A DNA stretch of 64,000 bases from Lytechinus pictus. Lineage: Eukaryota. The stretch covers positions 10,852,001 to 10,916,000 of the forward strand of contig NC_087251.1 of assembly GCF_037042905.1 (NCBI RefSeq). Reading direction: 5' to 3'. Both the position numbers and the translations under genes were made by a program. How positions within the stretch are numbered: position 1 is the stretch's first letter; each line of letters begins with the position of its first letter. Shown here one piece after another: positions 23,666-35,600 of the stretch. Below the pieces are notes generated by a model, which saw nothing but the letters and a program-made list of their open reading frames with translations, made no database searches and had not been told where the DNA came from.

Positions 23666-26020
23666 ATCTAAGGTGAGCAGTTAATGTCGAACGTCTTACA
23701 ACATCTGAGATCGGACTTCCCCTTGAACTAAAACTTGAGAATTAATTTTAAAAAATGATTATTCTTCCTGAAATCCCCTTACATAAGCTCTTACACTATA
23801 AGCCTCGTAAAGGAGTTTTTCGAGATGGCGTTTGGCGGCCATCTTGGATTTGATCTGAAGATTATCCTTTATTGCAAAATTACAACAGAAATTTAATCAA
23901 CATACTAAATGACTCACAAATGAAATTATTTTTCATGATTCTGGGGCAAAGGGTTCAAAACTTAATATTTCAAGATGGCGTCATCTGGCGGCCATCTTGG
24001 ATTTGACCTTAAGATGACCTTACATTGCAAAATAGATCGCAGAAAAAGACTCTACACATCCCAAAACCCCAAAACAAAGGTATTACACATCATTATGGGG
24101 CAAGGGGTTCAAATTCAATTTTTCAAGATGGCATCTGGTGGCCATCTTGGATTTGACCTGAAGATGATCTTACATTGCAAAAATGATAATAGAAATTGAT
24201 TCTACACACCCCAAACCCCTAAAAAGGAGTTATTTCTCATCATTTTGGGGCAAGGGGTTCAAAGGTTAGGTGTTCAAGAAGGCACGTGGCGGCCATTTTG
24301 GATTTATGCAAATTAGCAAAATTGCCCAAACGGCAACTTTGGGCAAACAAGCTGAATTTGTTCTAGGACCCCATAGGAACACGAATCAAGAAAAAAACTT
24401 CATCGGAAAGAACATTTCTTGGTTCGGAAAATGTCAAATCGACTATGGCTGGGTTTCGAACCCACGTCCCTATGATTGAGAGGCGAAAGTCGTAACCACT
24501 AGACCACGGAGCGGGGCGTCGAGTAAAAGCCACCAACATCATTTTGACTCTTACGCGTCTGTATTATTTAGAGTTCATCAATTGCTTTAGGCTATTTTGC
24601 ATCAGTTTGCTGTATTAATATTTTAAAATCATCTATGGTTGTTTTGCTGGGTTTTGTTTAGTTTGCCGTGTCTATATGATGAATTTTTCCTCCAAGTATC
24701 ATTTCACTTCGAGTTTCTCTATATACCTCGTTATTTTTTTTCTGTGACAAGACAATTGTACATGATATTATTTCCATATTAGGTATATTTATTTTTTATT
24801 AAGAGTTCTTACTTCGATTTTGAAGTAGAATTTCTTTTGTTTTGGGGAGTGGATTCATTTGCTTTGCGATCACTGGAATACAAAATACTACCAAGTTAGG
24901 TCCTACGTCATCATGAACGTCGTATTAATTTTGTTTGGAAAGAGAGCATCACGCATGATGTTGATGAGATTCATCCAAAAGGTGACTGGCCTGTGTTAGA
25001 GGAAGGTCTACAACATTGACTCTGCATCATCACTCTTAAGGCAGTTCCTTGTTGCCCTTTTTCGTCTAAATGTAACTGAAGCTGGAAGTTATTCTGTGCT
25101 TGATTACGGGTAAGCTGGAACAATGTTCTCTTATTTTCATTGAATATCTAAGTAAATTTTGAGTTTGCATTTACCATCTTTACATACTGAATAACATGAC
25201 AAATTGGCCAACTACTACATTTACTAGCTAAGAAAGGAGATAAGGGCCGTTAATCAGAATTTCTGACGAGGAATCTTTGACAGGCATATCTGGGGTAAAA
25301 CTTTGCGCTGAATCCTAAAATGTTAGTTTTGTTGACTGGTCCCACGCCATTTTGGCTGTTTTGGTCATTTTTGAAAAAAAAGTGACCACAATCCGGAAAT
25401 GGTCATTTTACAAAATGCTTTCATGACTTAAGCCATTAAGGTATAAATGAACATAGATTTTAGTAAAAGTGGTTTTATTTTGCCGATTCATGACTGCAGT
25501 GGGCATTTCTGCCATACAAAAAATGAAAATTTTCATAATTTTCGGTCAAAAATGTAATTATGTTAAATAGAATTATCAATGCGACGGAATACCAAACGTA
25601 TGATAGACATGTGCGCTGGTTATCAATAATCAACTTCATAATAATCTTAACATTAATTCCCCTTTAGGCTTATTTTGAGTGCTATATCTACGTGAACATT
25701 TTGCACGGTTTTGTGTGATAGTGGCATATATAGGGCATAAACCTTGCAAATAGGGTGAATGCTTCAGCCGGGTTCACTCTCTTCCATTTTTAATTTGGAA
25801 TTCATTCAAAATACATCTTGTGAAGAATGTTTGGCGGATCCCATAATTTATATACCCGTCTAAACGTATGAGCTTGTGGCCATTTTTTTACCACTTATGA
25901 CCGACAAAATGGCTAATAACATTTCAATTTATTCGGAAAAATTTAAAATCTTACCTATATGCCTACCTTGCATTGAACCATCTGAAAACATTTGACTGCT
26001 TTGGTCATTTTGACCACCTG

Positions 26021-26933
26021 GGGCCGTTTCATAAAGCTGTTCGTAAGTTACAGGGGCCGCGGAACGGTTTTTAAAGTGGGGGGGGGGGGGGGCTGAGCCA
26101 AAAGTGGGTTGGCTGACCATGCAAACAATCATATGGTAATTTTACGTTTTTGTACACGGTTTTGGAAAAAAAGTGGGGGTTAAGAGTGACTTTAAGAACC
26201 AATGTTGACCCTTTCTTGTGATAAATGAAATTCAATGTTCAATGGTGATTATTTAGCGTGTGATAAAGGATCACCAGTCGTTCTTGAAGTCGCTCTTAAA
26301 GGACAAGTCCTCCCCCCAAAAAAAAGGTTGATTTGAATAATAAGACAAAAATTCAACAAGCATAACACTGAAAATTTCATCAAAATTGGATGTAAAATAA
26401 GAAAGTTATGACATTTTAAAGTTTCGCTTCATTTCACAAAATAGTTATATGCACATCCCGGTCGGTATGCAAATGAGGAACTGATGACATCACTCACTAT
26501 TTCTTCTCTTTTTTATTATGTGAAATATGAAATGTTCTAATTTTCTCCTCATTATCCTTTGAAACAAAGTTTTATTTCGCCCTGAACATGTGGAATTACC
26601 ATTGTTTAACATTTTGTGGTTCAGTCAAGTTGGTCCTTAGTGTCAAATCTGTAAAAATTGAAATATTTTATAATTCAAACAATTAAAAAAAAAAAAATAG
26701 TGAGTGACGAACATCATCGATTCTCTTATTTGCATGTGACTAAATTGTGCATATAACTATTTTGTGAAAAATAAGCGAAACTTTAAAATGCCATAACTTT
26801 CTTATTTTACATCCGATTTTGATGAAATTTTCAGTGTTATGCTTGTTTGATTTTTCTCTATATATTGAAATCAACATTTCTCTGGGGTGGACTTGACCTT
26901 TAACTATACCAACAGCTTTATGAAACATCCACC
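26021..26933. mobile_element. Harbinger-like MITE carrying nested insertions
   Basis: Termini gggccgtttcataaagctg / cagcttttatgaaacatccac. Same family as 59696-59866 and the partial copy at 52527-52626. Confidence 0.65.
26300..26899. mobile_element. Kolobok-type non-autonomous element, TTAA TSD
   Basis: ttaa|aggacaagtcc ... ggacttgacct|ttaa with long imperfect inverted arms. Decayed relatives at ~10935-11346 and ~36382-36871. Confidence 0.75.
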
Positions 26934-27645
26934 CGGACTATTTATTAAACTGATCAAATTGCATGCATTTAATGTTCCGGTTTACTTTGAAATTTATAGC
27001 ATAAAATAAAATGATAAAGTTGGGTAAAAAATAAACAACTTGTTTAAATGTTTCGAATATGCTCATAGTGAATGGCAAAATTGTGATTATGGAACACTTC
27101 ATATTTTTTTTATATCAAAACGAAACTAATAATATGGACAAACTTTGTAATCTTTTCAGCTTTTTCAAATGTTAGGCCTATCAGTGTTTACTAGAGGTGA
27201 AACACTGTTGTTTTGACATCGCTTATATGCAGAATAACATTGTTTTTCTTCTAATGGAAATCCAAATCTGCTGTTAGAAAGTAGAAGATGATGATTTTAA
27301 GTGATTATTATCGTAAATAATTTATGTGCGCTTGATGACCTTCATCGTAAGACGTTCTCACGATCATCTTACGACTTTACGGCTTCTATAATCTCTCGAC
27401 CCTACAAATTTTTGATTGCGTAGTTCTTACGATGTTCTTCCGACGTTCGTGCGGCCGCCTTATGAAGGGACGGCTCGTATGACTTTTTTTTAAAGTTGGA
27501 CAAGCTGCGAACTTCGAACAGAATGCGAACGTCTGTTTCGTAAGCTTCCTTAGATGATCTCACGAAATGATCTAAATTCGTTCGTACGGCGTTCTCAGCA
27601 GTTCTTGATGGCATCTTTGACCAAGCCATTACATTGTCAAATATT

Positions 27646-29265
27646 CATAGGCGGATCCGGGGTAGAGGGGGGGGGGGGGGGTGGAGTAAAAAAGAAAAAA
27701 AGGGAAAGGAGAGGAAAAAAAAGAAGAGGAAATATAAAAAGGAGGATGACGACTGAATAAACTAATGTGAGGGGAAGACTTGGCAGTTACAAAAATATCT
27801 TTCGTGTCACATTATAAGATTTTCGCTCGCTCTTCGCGCTCGCATTGCCTCTTCGAATAGATACATATCTTGCTCAGTAGGCTATAAAGGAGCTCAAATA
27901 CCAAGTATTAAAATCAATATACAAAACGCATTTCAGCTCGGACATCTAGCTTTCATTATTTTGTTTGATTTACAATTATTGATTTTAAAAGTGCTCTATT
28001 AAATGTCTTATTATAGCTGAATATCTTTTTTCAGCTCGTGCTGCGCGCTCGCCTTATTTGATTTTGTGGAGTACCTGTTATTTTCGTGTTTTTGCATAAG
28101 TTCTAAAAATGTCGCTTTTCAGGTTTGATTGTCAAAACCTATCGGCTCGCATTTTGATTAGTGAGATATGTATACTTCTATATGAATTCTAATTAAGTAC
28201 TTAAAATCCCCTTTTCATAACAATTTCTCGAAAAATTTCGACTCGCGCTTTGAGCTCGCATTATTAAGCCATGCATCATATTCATAATTACAGTATAGTG
28301 CTTATAAAATGTCAAAATGTTTTTGGGCCTTAATATCAACAAATTTTGCGTTCTTATTGGGTCTATTAGATTATTAAATGAAACAATATCATTATCATGA
28401 ATACCCAATCCTTCTCAGAACGGAATATCAACAAATTTCGACTCGCGTTTAGGAAGAGGAATATGATTTATCTATTTCATGTGATGACAAAATTTGTTCG
28501 GAAATCCTGAGAATGTCCCGTTCCTAGGGCAAAGTAAAAAAAAGAAAAGCTCGCACTTAGCGCTCGCATCATTAATAAAGTGCGATCCATATCCTCTTCA
28601 CAATTGTCCTATGTAGTGTTTGATATAGTGCTTAAATTAACCAATTTTCAGATCGGAATATAAAAATTTTCAGCTCTCGCTTCGCGCTCGCATTGATTTA
28701 GGAAGACACTCTTCCTTTTCATAATAAAAAAAAGTCTTTAGAATGCTCATATTTTAGGTCTATCTTAATTAAAAAAAGAGAGAAAGAGTTCGCGCACGCA
28801 TGTTTGTTATTTAAAACTAATCCAGTTTCGGATCAGAATACCAAAATTTGCTCGCGATGATTCATGTAGGAAGATTTTTTTTTCATGATTAGAAAATATT
28901 AAGAGAGTGTCCCGGTTTTAGGTCTAAATCTCAATTTTTCCGCTCACGCTTGGCGATCGCATCAATCATTTATTTAATACCCATCCTGTTTATGTTTACA
29001 AATAGTGCTTGGAATGTTCATTTTTAGGTAGGAATATCTAAGATTTTCAGCTCACGCTTCGCGCTCGCATTAATCAGGGCATTACTTAAATAATTAGGGC
29101 TTAAGAGATACAATTATCTTGTGTATAAGAATAAAACTAAGAATTGTTGGGACTACCCCTTCAAATAAACCAACGAAAGTCAGCTTTGAGCGGCCGATCG
29201 GGGAAAATGTGGTTAAAATTGTTTTGCCCCCCCCCCCCCATCGGCGAAAGCTGGATCCGCCCCTG
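27646..29265. mobile_element. Non-autonomous hAT-like element directly upstream of the NPAS4-like gene
   Basis: Termini cataggcggatcc / ggatccgcccctg. Internal gctcgcgcttcgcgctcgca repeats. TSD not recognisable. Confidence 0.7.
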
Positions 29266-29422
29266 ATTTATATATTCTTGTCGTACTTGAAAAAAAAAAT
29301 TCTACGTACGGCCATAACCGTAACATGGTTAGTGACGATATTAATATTTTGACGTTGCAACGGCTATCGATTTCTTTAACAGTTGAAACACAATCACATG
29401 ACTGATTATCTTCATCGGCACT

Positions 29423-29606
29423 ATGCATCGGTCGACGGGCAAGGCGTCCAGAATACGTCGTGATCAGATCAATTCAGAAATAGAAATATTACGACAACTC
29501 TTACCACTACCAGCAGGTGCTAAAACAAGGCTCAGTTATCTACAAGTTATGTCGCTAGCTTGTGTCTTCATCCGCAAGGGAAACTTCTTTTCTTTGGTTT
29601 CAAAAG
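29423..29606 (+). CDS. NPAS4: NPAS4-like exon 1 (bHLH)
   Basis: [20 protein letters not shown]...[12 protein letters not shown], donor |gtttgt. Confidence 0.9.
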
Positions 29607-32600
29607 GTTTGTTTTGCCTATATCCACAACGTTGAAATGAGGAGGGTGTCAGGAATTATTCACTAAACAATGTTTTATAATTGATGCTGTGTTATTAAAT
29701 TTCTTTTTGGGAGCGAATAAGCCTTAATTATCTTTATTATTCAGAATGTTTTTTTTTGGGGGGGGAGGGAGGCAGGGCAATAATGGTACCATTTTTTTTT
29801 TCATCTAAAATTTTTTTTTTATTTAGTTAAGTCAATACTACTTTATTCTAATCTTACGATAATTAGATAGTAGATAATTAAGATTCATTTACAATGTAAG
29901 TCGAATACAGGAGCAATGTGTATATTGTGCTTTATCCCACACCAGTGTACATGTATGTCATCACAGCTCTTGTTTTCATTGCCAACGGGATGGGCTCCAT
30001 AGTTTTGATTTCATTTCATTTTTTATGCTTTCGCACAAGATAAATAAGCTATTTTCACGGTTTTCATTCTCATTTAAGTAATACGTCCATATTGATAAGC
30101 TATTTGTTTAATTCCAGCTTATGGTTATTGAATCGGAGCATTATGGCAGACCAGCGCTGGTTGTGAGATGAGCTACCTTGTACACGAATAAATTTAAATT
30201 GACGGGGATTCAAATAACATACATGTTTTAGACAAGTAATTTCCGAAAGATTCGTTGTTTTTCCTATTATTCTTTTATGTCATTGATGTATACAGCAAAT
30301 AGAGAGTATAGAAGGTCATCGATTCTCACACCGCCACTTTCTACAACTGAGATAGCCCAGGTAGATATTACATTGAAATTGAATTTATTCGAATTTGACG
30401 ACTGAATTTACATGATTTACATTATTTTTCGCTTGAAATTTGTATTTTTTACAGATTTGATCGTTTTTTTTACATAATTATCAACGAGCCAGGTAAGCAT
30501 ACAGTTTTGGATACTCATGTCATTATAATTGCGATCAGCTCGCGCGTAAAATGATTTTTCAAATCCACGAATATGATAGCAAAACACTCTTAATCCACTC
30601 CTGTGGGATTAGATCGACCCATCATGAGGCGATTCTAATCCTCAAGACTGAAGATCATGCGGAGTCCATCTATCGTGTCTTCGGGGATAGAAAGAGTCAT
30701 ATTTGTATTACATTTCTCGAGATGAGCTTTAGTAGTTTATGCTCTTAGGTTCTATTTGTCTTGTGTTATTCTGTATTTTTCGAGGATTGACAAATAATGA
30801 AAAATAAACTCAGATGGATAACAAACCAACATTCTCTTCCCAACTCATAGTACTTTATTGAGCTTTAGCTTTTATAGAATGTGGGTATCGAACCAATATT
30901 CTCTTCCCAACTCATAGTACTTTATTGAGCTTTTATAGAATGTGGGTATCAAACCAACATTCTCTTCCCAACTCATAGTACTTTATTGAGCTTTAGCTTT
31001 TATAGAATGTGGGTATCGAACCAATATTCTCTTCCCAACTCATAGTACTTTATTGAGCTTTTATAGAATGTGGGTATCAAACCAACATTCTCTTCCCAAC
31101 TCATAGTACTTTATTGAGCTTTTATAGAATGTGGGTATCAAACCAATATTCTCTTCCCAACTCATAGTACTTTATTGAGCTTTTATAGAATGTGGGTATC
31201 AAACCAATATTCTCTTCCCAACTCATAGTACTTTATTGAGCTTTTATAGAATGTGGGTATCTATATGCGCAGACTCCACACAATGAAGCAAAACGTTCTT
31301 ACATTATTATAATTGTTTGGAGTAGACTTGGTTACCATTACGAATATTATAGTTTATCAAAATAAAGATATAATTTATTTTCACCGTTGTTATGCGAACG
31401 TGGACCAATTATTTTGTAGCAGTGATTATGATATTATTATTAAAACGAAACTTTAGAGTAAGATGAGTTAAACTTTGGAAAATCAAGACAGCTATTGATA
31501 TTTATTAATATACCCCATTGTATACTCCTCGAAAATTTCTTGATTGCGAATTGTTTTGTTTCCGTAAACTTACTATCAGGCTTTACCAGGATTCTTGCTT
31601 ATAGTTCGACCCTCTGGAAAGATTCTTCATGTGTCTGAAAATGTCATCGATCACCTAGGCCATTCCATGGTAAGATAATATATTTTCCATTCTATAAAAT
31701 AACTTTACTTCGCATATTTTTCTTTTCTAAAAGAAAACATACCTCGGATCAAAATCACATTTTAAAATCTTGTTATCACTAAAGGAAGAAGTTTGGGAAG
31801 TTCAACGTAACTGTGGGCCTACTGATAAGCTATTAATAGGGCCTTCGGGCCTATTCCAAAGTAAAAAAATGAATAATGTTCCTGAAAGCGGAATAAATTC
31901 AAGAGATTAGGAAAATAGATACAATTCCCACATTGTATAAAATTCTCCCACTTTATTGGATCATCATTAATTAAAAGAATGATAATAAGGCTTTAAACTC
32001 ATGACCATATACTGTATGAATCTCCTGTTTTGAAACCACATAAGAATCTACATCAAGACTAGATAGAATTACTGTTATCTATTATCCACGAAAATGTCAT
32101 GCAATTTTCTCCGTGACCGTCAAGATTATTCCTTTGTCATTATCTAATGTGTTACCTATCTTATTCCCGGATCTTATTATTGCTCTTGACGCAAATCTAG
32201 GTGGGGTTGTATACGATTTCCGATTCCGGAAGTATATAGTGCCGTCAGATAAGAAATATCGCATTGACAAAATAAAACAAAATGCATCAATGTTAATGCA
32301 GAAGGTATATGCTCAATACTATTTACCTACCTTTGAAGTAAGTTTTCTTCCATATTTTTCATCTCATGTTTGTAAACAGGATTTCTTTTGGGGTGTGGGG
32401 CAAATTAACCTAAACAATATTCAATAACAAATAAAGATTAGAGAGCAAATTAGCTGCTGAACATAATTCAGTGCGTCTCTCTCTTTCTCTCTTTTTTTTT
32501 GGGGGGGGATTGAACATAGGCGGGGGGACGTGTCCCCCCTAAATTTGAGGTGGGGGGACGACCCCCCCTAAATTTTTCGTTGATGACCTTTTTTTTTTTG

Positions 32601-35600
32601 CTTGTCAAAAAATTTTGGTGGTCCCCCCTAAATTGTTTGGCTTCCGCCGCCAATGGGATTGAAGGATTGTTGGGATAATTTTACTACGAAAATTAATCCA
32701 GATTGCCGTTTTTTAATGAAACAACTACCCTTCCAAAAAAATGGCTTGACACCAATACATTACAGTTGCCCTTCACGAGCAATGTTGTACAAACTTGAGG
32801 AAGTTACCCCCTAATCAAAATAAAAACTTGTTCATATTTCAAATTCAATATTCATGATAATTACGAACAATTTTAATATAATAATAATAATAATAGTGAT
32901 ATCTTATTGAGCGCACACACCGTCCAGAGACGCTCTATAGCGCAGCAACAGTTCCTTGTATATATTATAAACAACTACAAATATAGATATAAATACCATC
33001 CTGCCTCATCACCACTGAAATTCCCAGCTACATCCTGGTGGCCTTGTGCTTGCTGCCCCAGTATACAAGATGAATAATCCTCCTTCATATATACTTGTAA
33101 TTATAGATAGAAATCTTATCTGGTGGAGGGGATGTATATGACTTGGTTGATGGGGATGATCATTTCAATCTAGAGAAACATCTTAACACTGCTGGAGATA
33201 AACACTTGTCTATACCAGGTGAGTTCTTTTTACCGGGTTCAAAGCTTAATTTCCGTATACACAAAATATATGGCGTCATGTGATGTAAAAATACTAGAGC
33301 ACTTGTTTTACATTGTATAGTTTCATTGTTACAAGACGGTGGCCACCATCGACCATGATCAGTGATGTAGGTTTCCTCTTCGTCGCTTTGAAATATAGAA
33401 AAAAAATAAAAAGGCTTAAATGAGATTTGAAGATGCTTCGATACAACAAAGAATGTCTGTAATCTCTGATTTATATAGACCATGTCATTTCTATTGAATT
33501 CTTACACATTAGTTTATGATATTGTTACGATCCATTGTCCTGTTCATTCATGCGTGTGCACATATTGTGTGCGTGAATGACTGATTGAATCCGATGACCG
33601 GGGTAATAATATATCTGTAAAGCGCTTAGACACGTCGTTTCGATGTATTAAGCGCTATATAAAAGCGGATTATTATTATTATTATGCGATTTTATTCTGA
33701 TGAGTGCATGTCGAACAGCATGTCCGTTATCAATATTTTACCGATCTAACATTTTGTCAGCTGACAGGAATAACAGTAAAATAAATCATTTAATATTGAT
33801 ACATATTGATAACAACGTGAAGTAATAACTGAAATCTCAGATCAAAATACAGAATTCATTGCACACAAATTGAAAGAAGGAATGGAAAATGTGTCAACAT
33901 CAAGGGAAGATATGTGGATGGATAAATGTGTCGCTGGGGCGGGGAAGAACGAGTGTGTTGATCAGTGGCGTGTTTGTGTATGGGCCTGCTCTGTATGTAA
34001 ACGTGTGGATCAGTGGCGTGTCAGGGAGTGAGGGTTGGGGTGTTTGATGCTATGTACGTGGGTGTGAGAGAAAGTTTGTGTGTGGATTAGTGAGTGAAGT
34101 TGGGGATATGTGATGCTCAGCTAGTCAGTCATGTCAGTGAGAGAGTGTGTGTGCGGATCAGTGGAGTGTTAGTGAGTGAGGCTGGGGGTGTTTGATGCGC
34201 TGCACGTGAGTGGGTGTGTGTGTGTAGGGGGGGGGGGTGTGCGCGTGTGTGTGGATCAATGGAATGTTAGTGGGTGGGGATGGGGATGTATTATGCTCTA
34301 TGTGTGTGTATGAGAGTGTTGATTGATTGGTGAGATATGCTTCTGTGTGAGCGTATGTCAGTAAAGGCGCCTGCTACTATAGTTTGTGTGTAGTATGTAG
34401 TTGGTGTGTGTGTGTGCTTATGTGATTATTTAGCTGTTAACAGTCATCTGACGCTCCATGTTTATACATGTATCTGTAGGAAAATGATAAAGTTTTCATT
34501 AAATGTGGGATGAAATTAAATATTATCATGAAATGCATAAATATATGAAAGACGCGACATGGATAGAATATGGGCCATAGCTCAAATGTCTAAATAACAT
34601 TTAAAAAAATTTGCGCCCCAGTGTTCAACTACTTGTTTCTTGTTAGAATACACGAATTATTGTGTATAATATCTGGTCACCTCCGATCTGAACAAATATA
34701 TTTCTGACTAGCATAAAAGGAATATGTAAAGTTTATGAGTACTTTTTTCCCCTTTCATCTTTAAAGGTTCACGGCATTCCTTTGTGTGTAGGATGGTCAT
34801 GTCTCGTTCTTTACGCAAAAGAATTCCATATCAAGGAACGGAGTGTAAGGTGACATAACATCGTTATTATTACATTAATATCCATGAAAAGAAATCCATA
34901 AGGTTAATAAAGTTTTCATTTCGGCGTAATAGTTTCGATAGTTTAAAAATGTCGATCGCCCATAGATCATTTTCCTTACGAGTTAGATTGCACTTTAGAA
35001 TCTCCCACTCTATTTTCAAAATGGAAACGAATCATTAATCTTGGTCGTAACGTATTAAAAGAACTGTTTCAATACTGTTCATATTTAAGCATCAGTAGTT
35101 AATTTACTCTAAAATTATCATAGTTGCATTAATATTTCAACACCACTTGCCTTCTCTATTTTTACTACACGTAGGCTTACTATTATCATGATAATTGTAT
35201 AAATTGGCTTACGGAATTACGGAATGATTTTTTTTTTACTCATTTCATGTCATTCCATTCCAACTTTAAATCACAATCCGTATAACGTCATCATTATATC
35301 CCTGACATTTCGAGTTTTATCCCGTTTTTAGCCTTTTCTCATAGACGGTCGATTCCATTCTTCAGAAGGGGATGTGATGTGTGATGGTCAAGGTGTGTTC
35401 ATTGCCCTATGTACTCCTGAAGACACTCGTATCCATACCCCAATCTCCCATTCACATTCATTGGATTCATCCGTTATTGAGTTCACCATGAAACATACCT
35501 TAGATATGAGGATTGCTGACTCGTGTAACATGTAAGTCACAATTCTTTCCATCAATGCGTTCCAACACCAGCGAGAATAGTAAACTCCCTTACAAAAAGT

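Larger units (their letters stand above)
18887..24445. mobile_element. Non-autonomous DNA transposon with ~450-600 bp inverted arms, Academ-like
   Basis: Termini tagtcgatttgaca / tgtcaaatcgacta. 3-bp TSD tgg. Arms 18887-19330 and 23820-24445 are reverse complements with repeated aagatggc..ccatctt motifs. TAG termini plus a 3-bp TSD fit Academ. Confidence 0.7.
18730..24510 (-). mobile_element. tRNA-derived SINE split into two halves (18730-18886 and 24446-24510) by a 5.5-kb insertion
   Basis: Tail (ttattatta) and body lie on the left. B box (ttcgaaccc) and A box (ccactagacca) lie on the right. The halves rejoin at ...gccctgg|ctggg... Confidence 0.75.

Noticed and set aside
24913..24985. Possible short coding exon MNVVLILFGKRASRMMLMRFIQK followed by gt
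   Set aside because: No recognisable homology and no partner exon identified.
30822..31261. CRISPR-like regular array
   Set aside because: Units are contiguous near-identical repeats with no unique spacers, there are no cas genes, and it lies in a eukaryotic intron.
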